A DNA stretch of 64,000 nt from Candidatus Nomurabacteria bacterium (GTDB lineage: Bacteria; Patescibacteriota; Minisyncoccia; Phycocordibacterales; UBA9973): contig PMDZ01000008.1 of assembly GCA_003155695.1 (NCBI GenBank), positions 39,362 through 103,361 on the forward strand, read 5' to 3'. Every line of letters starts with the position of its first letter. Position 1 is the stretch's first letter. Below the pieces are notes generated by a model. That model saw only the letters and a program-made list of their open reading frames with translations, searched no databases and was not told where the DNA came from. Positions 40,652 to 50,365 of the stretch are shown piece after piece. The position numbers and the translations under genes were made by a program.

Positions 40652-41875
40652 TTATTCGTGGATTACACGTAGAATTTCTTCTATTGTAGTGATACCTTCT
40701 TCGACTTTTTTAAAGCCATCTTCGAACATGGTAGTCATGCCCCGACTGACGGCTAAATTTTTAATTTCGCTTGCTGAAGCTTTCCTCAATATCGCTTCTC
40801 GGATAACTTCGTCAGCGACCAAAACTTCATTTATACATACTCGACCCGAGTATCCGGTATTGTTGCATTTGTCACAACCTTTACCTTTAAAATATACTTG
40901 GCCGTCATACATCAACTTTCCAATTAATGTATCTTGTAAACTTTCCTTAAGGGCTGGGGTCATCTTATGTTTTTCTTTACAATGTGAACAGATTTTTCGT
41001 ACCAAGCGTTGGCCAATAGCGATTGAGACTGTTGAAGCAACTAGATATTCCTCGACACCCATATCGAGCAAGCGTGGCAAGGTTGTAGCTGCATCGCTTG
41101 TATGCAGAGTTGAAAGGAGCAAATGCCCAGTAAGTGCTGTATTTACGGCAATATTTGCCGTTTCGGCATCACGAATTTCCCCGACCATAACAATGTTCGG
41201 GTCCTGCCTCAATATTGAACGTAGCCCATTAGCGAAAGTAAGCCCAGAATGGGAATTAACTTGTATTTGCTCAATATCGCCAATTGAATATTCTATCGGG
41301 TCTTCAATCGTAATTATCGAAACATCGGGATGATTCAACATTTTGATAAGAGTATAAAGAGTCGTAGTTTTCCCGGAACCGGTCGGCCCAGTAGCGAGAA
41401 TCATTCCGCTTGATTTTTTCATTGCAGCGATTATTTTTTTTGTATCACTATCACTAAAGCCTAAATTCTCCAAACTGAAATTTTCCGCTTTATCGGAAAG
41501 CAATCGCAAAACGGCATTCTCGCCGTGATATGTCGGAACAATAGAAACACGAAGGTCAATGAATTCATTCGTCACCGGAAAGATATATCGAAAGCGCCCG
41601 TCTTGCGTAGCTTGATGTTCATCGGTACGAAGTCTGGAGAGAATTTTTATTCTTGAAATTATTTCTCCATGGATATTTTTGGGGAGGGGATGAGAATCTT
41701 CAAGAACACCATCAATACGAAAACGCAAACGAACAGCTTTCTCTTGTGGGTCTAAGTGAATATCAGACGCATTTATTATAGACGCATGTTTTATAATCTC
41801 ATCAATTAAGTTAATAATTGAAAGATTTACTCCGTGAGCCAATTCTTTTTCTATAATCGCGTTAAATTCGTTCAT
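40652..41875 (-). CDS. pilB: Type IV pilus/T2SS assembly ATPase (PilB/GspE), lacking the N1 domain
   Basis: ASDIH, QDGR, GPTGSGKTT, EDPIE, RQDP..GEIRD, GH..STLH, Cys4. Confidence 0.94.
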   Translation of the reverse strand: MNEFNAIIEKELAHGVNLSIINLIDEIIKHASIINASDIHLDPQEKAVRLRFRIDGVLEDSHPLPKNIHGEIISRIKILSRLRTDEHQATQDGRFRYIFPVTNEFIDLRVSIVPTYHGENAVLRLLSDKAENFSLENLGFSDSDTKKIIAAMKKSSGMILATGPTGSGKTTTLYTLIKMLNHPDVSIITIEDPIEYSIGDIEQIQVNSHSGLTFANGLRSILRQDPNIVMVGEIRDAETANIAVNTALTGHLLLSTLHTSDAATTLPRLLDMGVEEYLVASTVSIAIGQRLVRKICSHCKEKHKMTPALKESLQDTLIGKLMYDGQVYFKGKGCDKCNNTGYSGRVCINEVLVADEVIREAILRKASASEIKNLAVSRGMTTMFEDGFKKVEEGITTIEEILRVIHE

Positions 41876-42142
41876 ATAAATATAGGCTTTTTATCGATTT
41901 TTTCCCCTGAATAATAATCGTTTACATTAGCACATGCCTTTATTATTGTAAAGAGGCGTTTATTCACATAAGGGTATTTTGGATTTTAATGTTATACACA
42001 CAATATCCACCTTTTCCGTTGACTATATTAAAATTTGGTTTAAAATTTAAGGTATATAATAAATTCTTGTATTTTTTGGTTTTCTTTATTAATTATTATT
42101 AACACAGAAAATAAATTTTATTTATTTTCTACTCCAATTTTT

Positions 42143-44010
42143 ATGACGAAAAAATATATTATTACAATTTTGTTTTCTTTTATTTTTCTTTTAGGATTTT
42201 CTCATTTTATTTTTGCTAATACTCTACAGCATGGAAGTGATACAATTTATACAACACAAGCAGAAAATACTTTACCTAATGTTAATTCACCCGGAAATTT
42301 AGTTTTAAGCAATAATTATACCGACTGTGCTATTTTAGGAGATTGGTTACCAACTTGGTATGTTTGTGTTGCTAATGGTTTAACAGAATCAAATACTACT
42401 CAACCCGCAGGATTATTTTATGCTAGTCAAAGTGGAACTGAAATCATACAGGCAGAAATGGGACAATGGATGAATTTAAAATTTGTATATGCACCTACGC
42501 CAACCTGTGCAGATGGTATTCTATCAGGAAATCAGTGTATTACTCTGGTACAAACAGTTTGTGCTAACAATGAATCTATTCTTGATGGAAGCGGTATGTG
42601 CAATCTTGATGACAATCAGACCCCATCGGTTTGCCCAACTGATGATTATCCTCTATTAGATCTATTAGAATATAGTCAAACTCAGTGTGAAATAGTTTAT
42701 ACGCCGCCTACTTGTCCGAGTGGTTATACTTTAGATGGTAGTCAATGTTTAGTTGTAGATACAACTCCTCCATCAACTGATACCGATGGCGATGGTGTAT
42801 TAGATACAGTCGATAATTGTCCTGCTGTTGCTAACCCAGAGCAAACAGATACCGACGGTGACGGAATTGGTGATGCCTGTGAAGCACCTGATACAACTCC
42901 ACCCGTAATCACAGGTACATTTCGTCGACAAGATCCTTCCCCCTATGACTTTGCCAAAGTTGGTGACAGAGTTCGTGTTGACTTTGAATCAAACGAGCGT
43001 GTTTACCCACAAAGTTGGGAAATTGCCGGACACAGTATTCCTAGCTATACGCCCCAGAATGCGGAGGGTACACGTTTCTATATCTATTACGACATGCAAG
43101 CAAGCGATACTGAAGGTCCACTTACTTATTCAATGACTGCTCAAGATGATGCAGGAAAGTCAACAACGGTTACCGGCGGTGGCGTTACTTTTGATAAAAC
43201 TGCGCCGGCTGTTACAGTTCCTGATGATATAGTAGAAGCCACAAGTGGTTCTGGAGCCATACTTAATTATGTTGCTAGTGCAACAGATGTAAATCCTGCA
43301 ACCCCAGAAGTGACTTGTGTTCCTCCTTCAGGTTCAACTTTCCCATTAGGAACTACAGTTGTGACCTGTTCAGCTACAGATTCTGCTGGAAATACAGGAA
43401 CAGATACTTTCAATATTACAGTTAATGAATCAGTGGATACTATACCAACCGTAGAAGATACAACTAATCCAGTTATAACTCTACTTGGAGATAATCCTGT
43501 GACCGTGACTATTGGATATACCTATCTGGATGCTGGAGCTACAGCAACAGATGATGTTGACGATGATATAACTCTAAATATTGAAGTAGGTGGCTCGGTA
43601 GATACTACAACTGTCGGTACTTATACAATTACTTACGATGTAATTGATGCTGCCGGTAATAAAGCTAACCAAGTAACTAGAACAGTGAATGTAATTCAAG
43701 CTCATAAACATAGTAGTGGTTCTTCAGGTGGTAGTATTCCTAGAATTTCTAGTAGCGGAACTGTTATAACCGGCGGGCAAGTTCTCGGTGCTGAACATTT
43801 TAACTTCACACTATTACTCAAGATGGGTTCAATGGCAATGAAGTTATGGAACTTCAAAAGTTCCTAAACAATGCAGGATATGGAATTTTAGCAGTTGATG
43901 GAATCTTTGGGCCAAAAACCAAAGCCGCAGTTATCAAATTCCAAATTGCCAGTGGACTAGCAGGGGATGGAATAGTTGGACCTCTGACACGGGCAGTTTT
44001 AAATAAATAG
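42143..44010 (+). CDS. Multidomain surface protein (Cys repeats, TSP type-3, HYR, DUF5011-like Ig, GQVLGA linker); PG-binding tail is frameshifted
   Basis: ORF 42143-43867; the PG-binding domain (NGNEVMELQKFL...DGIFGPKT...DGIVGPLT) continues in another frame at 43831-44010. Confidence 0.8.
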
Positions 44011-44019
44011 AAATTTTAA

Positions 44020-44056
44020 AAAGAAAAATTCTGAGTAGTACTCAGAATTTTTCTTT
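44020..44056. terminator. Perfect hairpin/terminator
   Basis: aaagaaaaattctgagta-g-tactcagaatttttcttt. Confidence 0.7.
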
Positions 44057-44256
44057 GCACAGGTAGTTTTTTATTATCTATTATTTAAATATAATAAAAA
44101 ATAAACACCCGAATCTCAGGTGTTTAATTTGCAGCAATTGCTACGTTTATTGCAGTTCCTCTGTTTCAATATATTATTAGGGGTTCGTATTCAATATTAC
44201 AATAACCTTATTAATCAATTAAGTCAAGCTTAATAAAATCTGTTATACTATAGCGT

Positions 44257-45939
44257 ATGACCCAAGAACAAGCGTTTCAAATTATGAAAACCGGAGTGAA
44301 TATTTATCTGACTGGCAGTGCCGGAAGCGGTAAAACTTATCTCCTCAATAAATATATTTCGTATCTACAAAGTCACGACATTCCCGTGGCAGTCACGGCT
44401 TCGACCGGTATTGCCGCCACCCATATGAACGGCATGACCATACACTCTTGGAGTGGAATCGGAATTAAAAATTTTCTTGGTGAAAAAGAATTGGAACAGC
44501 TGGAGGATAAGAAATATCTTTGGAAGAGGTTTGAAAAAGCTCGCGTTTTAATTATTGATGAAGTTTCAATGCTCCACGGCAGCCAGCTTGAAATGGTGGA
44601 GAAAGTCTGCCGGAGATTCAAAAGAAACGATAAGTCATTTGGTGGATTGCAAGTTATTCTATCCGGTGATTTTTTCCAATTGCCACCGATAAGCAAAATT
44701 AATGAGGAGAATGAAAGTGGAATGGTTTTCGCCAGCAAGTCATGGCAAATATTGAATCCGGCAATTTGCTATATCGAGGAACAGCATCGCCAAGAAGACG
44801 ACACGCTTTTGGAAATCCTAAACACAATCCGCTCGGGTGAAATGCAAGAGAAACATTATGAACTTCTAAGAAGTCGTATCGGTGCCAAGCTGAAGAGCGA
44901 CGCAAAAGCAACCAAACTTTACACTCACAATATAAATGTCGACGATATAAATAATATTGAACTTTCTCTTATCAATAATGAAGAAAGAATTTCCATTATG
45001 ACTTCGACTGGTCCGGAACCACTTGTGGAGATATTGAAAAAGAGTTGCCTGGCTCATGAAAAATTAAAACTGAAAGTCGGTGCCGAAATAATGTGTATTA
45101 AGAATAATTTTGAAAATGGCTATGTGAATGGCTCTCGAGGTAAGATTATCGGGTTTGAAAAGGAAGGTGGAAACCCGATTATAGAGCTTTATAATGGCCG
45201 TAAAATAAGCCTAAAACCGGAAATATGGGCTATTGAAGAGGATGGGAAAGTTAAGGCCTCGGTTTCGCAAATACCGCTTCGCCTGGCTTGGGCAATCACC
45301 ATTCACAAAAGCCAAGGAATGTCGCTTGATAATGCCGAGATAGACCTGACAAAAAGTTTTTCTTATGGCATGGGTTATGTCGCTCTTTCAAGAGTCAGAA
45401 CTTTGGAAGGGATAAGCTTAGTTGGATTTAATGCTGAGGCACTTCGAGTTGACCCGAAAGTTTTGGAATTCGACCAAGATTTGAAGAATCAAAGTTTTCA
45501 GAATGAACTATTATTTAAGAAATTAAAAAATGATGAACAGAAAAAACTGGAGGAAGATTTTATTTTGAAGCTGGGAGGAACAATAATATCGGGAAATAAA
45601 AAAATTAAGAACAAGAGAATTGTAGAAACGAAAGTCCCGACAATTTTAATTACCAAAGAATTGCTCGATAAAGGTTATTCGGTAAAGGAAATCGCCAAAG
45701 AAAGGAATCTGACACAAGGGACGATAACTCACCACATAGAAGAAATCGTTTCGCAATATCCGGAGACAAATATCGTGCATATTCGTCCACAGCAAAAGCA
45801 TATCGACTTGGTCAAAACGATAAATAAAAAACTGAAAGGAGATGAAATAGGCAGATTAAACCCAATCAAATTAATACTTGAAAAAGAAGGATATAAAATG
45901 AGTTTCGAAGAAATTCGAATCGCAAAATTATTTATCTAA
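44257..45939 (+). CDS. Pif1-family helicase with C-terminal HTH
   Basis: GSAGSGKT, DEVSM, GDFFQLPP, AITIHKSQGMS, YVALSR motifs. Confidence 0.93.
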   Translation: MTQEQAFQIMKTGVNIYLTGSAGSGKTYLLNKYISYLQSHDIPVAVTASTGIAATHMNGMTIHSWSGIGIKNFLGEKELEQLEDKKYLWKRFEKARVLIIDEVSMLHGSQLEMVEKVCRRFKRNDKSFGGLQVILSGDFFQLPPISKINEENESGMVFASKSWQILNPAICYIEEQHRQEDDTLLEILNTIRSGEMQEKHYELLRSRIGAKLKSDAKATKLYTHNINVDDINNIELSLINNEERISIMTSTGPEPLVEILKKSCLAHEKLKLKVGAEIMCIKNNFENGYVNGSRGKIIGFEKEGGNPIIELYNGRKISLKPEIWAIEEDGKVKASVSQIPLRLAWAITIHKSQGMSLDNAEIDLTKSFSYGMGYVALSRVRTLEGISLVGFNAEALRVDPKVLEFDQDLKNQSFQNELLFKKLKNDEQKKLEEDFILKLGGTIISGNKKIKNKRIVETKVPTILITKELLDKGYSVKEIAKERNLTQGTITHHIEEIVSQYPETNIVHIRPQQKHIDLVKTINKKLKGDEIGRLNPIKLILEKEGYKMSFEEIRIAKLFI

Positions 45940-45974
45940 ACATTATTTTCCATTAAGTGATATAATTAGAGTAT

Positions 45975-46745
45975 ATGAGTAAAACAAAAAAAGTTATAAT
46001 TATAATCCTCATATTTATACTCATTGCTGTTGAGGGAGTAGTTTTAAGTGCAAAACTAAATATAGAAAAGCTACCGGTAATCGAAAATGATAATACTAAT
46101 AAAATTGAAAAAATTTCGCGTAAAAAACCCATCGAGATGTGCTATTACGATTCAACCAAAACAACAAGTGGATTATATGATGTCGCCTGGCTTAAGCTGG
46201 AAATATTTGGGAATTTAGTTTCTGGTGAGTTTGATAATCTCCCCGCCGAGAAAGATTCCAAGGTTGGAACTTTTGCCGGAACTGTCGGCCCTCTTGACCA
46301 GCAGATTATGGCGCGTCATGCAGACGTCTGGTGGAATTCACTTGCCGAAGGTATGAAAGTCAAAGAAGAATTGGCGATAGAATTCGGGGACGGAAGCGCG
46401 ACGGTTGGATTCGGAGAAATGGTAAACAGGGGGGATGGTGTATATGTTTATAAAGATAAAACAAAACTTTCTTATCTTGACCAAATGAGTCAAATCGATT
46501 GTGAATTCTTGGATGAGAAATTAATTGTTGAAAAATATATCCGAGATAATATCAAAACTATTACTATCGACAAACCAGTCCTTGGTGGTTCTTGGTATGT
46601 CGTATCTATAAATGTCGTACCGGAAACGCGTACTGGGGAAGTGACATATGAAGATGGACATATACAAAGCAAAGCAACATTCACATACATATACAACGAA
46701 AAACCGCAAAGTATTGAGGTTACAAAATGGGAAGTTGGAAAATAA
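45975..46745 (+). CDS. Membrane-anchored hypothetical protein
   Basis: N-terminal TM; PAEKDSKVG, VLGGSWYV, YEDGH motifs. Confidence 0.7.
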   Translation: MSKTKKVIIIILIFILIAVEGVVLSAKLNIEKLPVIENDNTNKIEKISRKKPIEMCYYDSTKTTSGLYDVAWLKLEIFGNLVSGEFDNLPAEKDSKVGTFAGTVGPLDQQIMARHADVWWNSLAEGMKVKEELAIEFGDGSATVGFGEMVNRGDGVYVYKDKTKLSYLDQMSQIDCEFLDEKLIVEKYIRDNIKTITIDKPVLGGSWYVVSINVVPETRTGEVTYEDGHIQSKATFTYIYNEKPQSIEVTKWEVGK

Positions 46746-46748
46746 AAT

Positions 46749-46916
46749 TTACCTGTGTTTCTCGCGCCAGTCGTAATCTTCTTCTTCGTCGTCTTTCTTG
46801 TCAACAATAGGAGTTCCGCAAGCTTGGCAAACTTCATCATAGGAACGCAGACCACAACGGGGGCAGACCGGCTCTTTTGTTTTTTTTTCTTCTTTTTTAT
46901 CATCTTCGTCGCTCAT
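46749..46916 (-). CDS. Small acidic zinc-ribbon protein (55 aa; absent from ORF track)
   Basis: MSDEDDKKEEKKTKEPVCPRCGLRSYDEVCQACGTPIVDKKDDEEEDYDWREKHR*; TATACT box just upstream. Confidence 0.75.
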   Translation of the reverse strand: MSDEDDKKEEKKTKEPVCPRCGLRSYDEVCQACGTPIVDKKDDEEEDYDWREKHR

Positions 46917-46993
46917 ATACACAGTATAAATTATTTTCCGGGTTTTGGAAATAGTTAGAAGGTGATATAATATATTTATTATTAAAATAACCG

Positions 46994-47080
46994 GCTACAT
47001 TAAAATATTATTTTCTTCAGGTCCTCGGATGAGGAAGGACAAGGAGCCAGACCATGAAGAAAACAAAATTTTAATTTCGC
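46994..47080 (+). repeat. Family A hairpin element, copy 4
   Basis: Core at 47021-47052; arms attaaaat..ttttcttcag / c-a-tgaagaaaa..attttaat. Confidence 0.9.
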
Positions 47081-47093
47081 CTCAAAATAACAT

Positions 47094-47153
47094 ATGGCAA
47101 AAGGAATGACTCACAAGAAGGAGGTTAAGAAGCCAAAGAAAAACAAAAAATAA
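47094..47153 (+). CDS. Candidate 19-aa Lys-rich peptide
   Basis: MAKGMTHKKEVKKPKKNKK*; lies between a TGATATAAT box plus family A hairpin and a strong terminator. Confidence 0.5.
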   Translation: MAKGMTHKKEVKKPKKNKK

Positions 47154-47156
47154 ATT

Positions 47157-47201
47157 TTCTAAAAATACTTCCCGACTTCGGTTAGGGAAGTATTTTTAGA
47201 A
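47157..47201 (+). terminator. Intrinsic terminator
   Basis: ttctaaaaatacttcccgac-ttcg-gttagggaagtatttttagaa. Confidence 0.8.
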
Positions 47202-47290
47202 TAATTCGACCGATTATGAATAATGTAATCTTTTTGATTTATTATTAATTTCCTTGCATAATATAATAATTTTTTATATACTCCGAACAT

Positions 47291-48589
47291 ATGAAAAAAT
47301 ATAGCCTAGTTGTTGTATTATCTATATGTCTTCTCGTTATTGCCACTCTATATATTTATATGTCCGGAATACAAAAAAGGGATATTACGAATATAAATCA
47401 GGATTTGCAAGCTTCTTCCCGTAATTTCATTAATAGCAGTCCCGGAACTTTTTCCATAAAAAGTATATCCGCCAAATGTGTTGCCAATCTCCCTCAAGTC
47501 AGTCTTACATGGTCACAATCAATCAAAGCAAGTTCATATCTTGTAGAACGAATGTATCCGGGAGCAAAAAGCTGGGAAATTACCGGTGAGACATCGAACT
47601 TATTTTTCACCGACACGACGTATGAACCGGGCTACGATCTCGGTTATTTTACTTACCGAGTCCAAGCCTATAATGCAAACGGTTTAAGTTATTCAAAATC
47701 ACAAAAAATAAATATATTCAAATGTCCATCCGTAGTACCGGCAATAACTGCAACGGGGAATACAAACTCTATTCCTCCTGTTGTGACAACCTCAAAAAAT
47801 ACGTTGCAATGGGGAGCGTATGTCGGTGATGAAACAAATGATCTTGCTAATTTTGAATCATTAGTAGGAAAAAAAGTTAATCTATATGCCGATTTTGAAG
47901 GATGGAATGATACTTTTCCTTCCTCTTTATCGACAAAGGTTGGAGCCCAAGGTAAAACATTGGTAATATTCTGGGAGCCGGATTTTGGCTATGATACTAT
48001 AAATAATGGTAGTAAAGATACATATATAAAACAGTTCGCAACCGGCGCAAAATCTTATGGCTATCCGATAATCCTGGCACCTTTCGATGAGATGAATCTA
48101 AACGAGGAAGCATGGGGTTATGAGGTGAACAATAATACGGCTCTCAAATTTAGAACAGCCTGGCAACATATACACGATCTTTTTGTTTCAGTGTCAACAA
48201 CAAATGTAAAATTTGCTATCACCTACAATAATGTATCGATTCCAGACGTTGCGGGAAATGAAATGAGCGATTATTATCCCGGAGATACATATGTCGATTA
48301 TGTCGGCATAGACGGTTTCAATTTTGCCGATCCATGGCAAACATTTGCTCAAATTTTTGATACGACAATCGCTCAAGTTTCAAAATTCAATAAACCGATA
48401 TATATTCTCTCGATGGCATCGGAAGCCGGAGCACAAAAAGCAAGTTGGATTACCGACGGACTTGGGGGAACGATAAAAAATTATACGAATGTTCTTGGAT
48501 GGATTTGGTTTAACGAAGGTGGTCAACCAAATTGGATTGTGAACTCGGATAGCGCGTCTCTTTCCGCTTTTAAATCAATAATTCCGTAA
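47291..48589 (+). CDS. Membrane-anchored FN3 plus GH26-like protein
   Basis: WEP, DEMN, YYPGD.YVD.VG.DG.N, WFN motifs. Confidence 0.85.
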   Translation: MKKYSLVVVLSICLLVIATLYIYMSGIQKRDITNINQDLQASSRNFINSSPGTFSIKSISAKCVANLPQVSLTWSQSIKASSYLVERMYPGAKSWEITGETSNLFFTDTTYEPGYDLGYFTYRVQAYNANGLSYSKSQKINIFKCPSVVPAITATGNTNSIPPVVTTSKNTLQWGAYVGDETNDLANFESLVGKKVNLYADFEGWNDTFPSSLSTKVGAQGKTLVIFWEPDFGYDTINNGSKDTYIKQFATGAKSYGYPIILAPFDEMNLNEEAWGYEVNNNTALKFRTAWQHIHDLFVSVSTTNVKFAITYNNVSIPDVAGNEMSDYYPGDTYVDYVGIDGFNFADPWQTFAQIFDTTIAQVSKFNKPIYILSMASEAGAQKASWITDGLGGTIKNYTNVLGWIWFNEGGQPNWIVNSDSASLSAFKSIIP

Positions 48590-48725
48590 AAATATAGATA
48601 AATACTATAAAATAGTTTCTAAAATGCCTATTTAAGTAGGGGGTATTTCTATTTGACAAAAGGTTTAGAATATGCATAATTGAGGGACCAATACAAAAAA
48701 TTTATCAATTAATTACCAATATACC

Positions 48726-49754
48726 GTGAAGATATCACTTCTAGTCCCATGCTATAACGAAGAAAAATCCCTCGAGGCATCGATAAAATCATGCCTTAAT
48801 CAAACTCGCAAGTTTGATGAGTTGGTGTTTATTGACGATTCTTCAACAGATAAGACTCCGCAAATCCTCGCAAGTTTTGGGGATAAAATTATTACACATC
48901 GTGTACCAAAGAATACCGGTAATAAATCGAGAGCTCAAGAATTCGGATTTCAGTTCGTCACCGGCGATTTTGTAGTTACCACCGATGCCGATACGCTTCT
49001 CAAACCGAACTTTGTCGAAGAAATAGAAAAGAGTTTTCAAGACCCGAAAGTCGTTGCTGTCGCCGGTGTCGTGAAAAGTTTGCCGTATAATTGGCTCACA
49101 CTTTGCCGAGCATTCGATTATGTTGTCGGACAATATATTCACAAACTCGCCCAAAGCCACATGAATTTTATTTTCGTCATGCCCGGAGCGGCAAGCGCAT
49201 TTCGTGTCGAAACATTCCGTAAATACATTACCTTTGACCACGATACGATTACCGAGGACTTGGATTTCACCTACAAGATTCACCGCAATCAATTCAAGAT
49301 TGTTTACAATCAACAGGCAATTTCTTATACACAAGACCCGACAAACCTGAAAAATTATATCAACCAATTACGACGTTGGTTTGGTGGCGGTTGGCAAAAT
49401 GTAATTAAACATTACTCAATCATCGTAACAAAACCGATTCGTGCATTTGAGCTTTCGGTTATTTACGCCGAAGGACTGATTTTTTCCGTTCTTATATTTA
49501 TAATACCGTTTCTTAATCTTTGGTTTGCTTTTTGGTTTGTCTTCGGTTATTTTACGATAGCTTTTGTTTTTGCTGTTTGGGCAGCATGGAAAGAGAAGAG
49601 ATGGGCTCTCATTTTAGTGCCGTTCCCATATATTTTTATCATGTTTGTCAATGCCTATGTTTATCTTGAACAGTTTGTAAAAGAAGTCATTTTCAGAAAG
49701 AAAAATCTTGTGTGGTTCAAACCGGATCGAGTTACAATTACCAAAACATCATAA
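48726..49754 (+). CDS. Processive GT2 polysaccharide synthase-like protein
   Basis: DDSSTD, DAD, TED, QLRRW motifs and C-terminal TMs. Confidence 0.9.
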   Translation: MKISLLVPCYNEEKSLEASIKSCLNQTRKFDELVFIDDSSTDKTPQILASFGDKIITHRVPKNTGNKSRAQEFGFQFVTGDFVVTTDADTLLKPNFVEEIEKSFQDPKVVAVAGVVKSLPYNWLTLCRAFDYVVGQYIHKLAQSHMNFIFVMPGAASAFRVETFRKYITFDHDTITEDLDFTYKIHRNQFKIVYNQQAISYTQDPTNLKNYINQLRRWFGGGWQNVIKHYSIIVTKPIRAFELSVIYAEGLIFSVLIFIIPFLNLWFAFWFVFGYFTIAFVFAVWAAWKEKRWALILVPFPYIFIMFVNAYVYLEQFVKEVIFRKKNLVWFKPDRVTITKTS

Positions 49755-49761
49755 TAATATT

Positions 49762-50229
49762 ATGCCTTTCACCCCATTTATTGGTATATCGGTAATAGTT
49801 CACATTTGTGTTATCTTCGGATGTTGGCTTTTCTCCTGGATACCGACAAAGGAAAAAATAGCTCAGGGCACAACATATGTCGGTTATGCCGTAAACTCCG
49901 GTATTATTGTTGCCGTCTTTATGCTAATTTTTATTCAAGCAGGTTTTCTTGTACACGCAAGCATCGTCGACAAACACTCTTCCGTAAAATTCTTCGCCAG
50001 CTCCATAACGCAAATTAAAAAAATTAAAATTCCGGAATTATTGAATATAGTTATTGCATCAACAAATGTTTCAAGCGGGACACAATTGTCCGATAATCCT
50101 ATGGCTGATTTATTGATAAAAAATCGAACAGACAATCCTTTTATATATCAAGTCGAACCCGTTAATAATTTTAATGATTATACATATATACAGTCGAAAT
50201 TGAATGATATATCAAAAACTTTTCAATAA
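49762..50229 (+). CDS. Membrane protein (2 TM)
   Basis: ATG 7 nt after the GT2 stop; two hydrophobic segments. Confidence 0.6.
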   Translation: MPFTPFIGISVIVHICVIFGCWLFSWIPTKEKIAQGTTYVGYAVNSGIIVAVFMLIFIQAGFLVHASIVDKHSSVKFFASSITQIKKIKIPELLNIVIASTNVSSGTQLSDNPMADLLIKNRTDNPFIYQVEPVNNFNDYTYIQSKLNDISKTFQ

Positions 50230-50365
50230 ATTGGATGGGGATAACATAAATATACACCCCTTGCAAAAAATATAGATATGTGTTTATATAGGCGTAATAT
50301 ACATCTGAAGTCAGTATTAATAATAAGGTTAAAGTCGATTATAAGTTATAAATAAAAGATAAAAT

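Noticed and set aside
46490-46958. Track ORFs 46490-46903 (-) and 46755-46958 (+)
   Set aside because: Wrong frames; the 55-aa zinc-ribbon ORF at 46749-46916 explains the region better.
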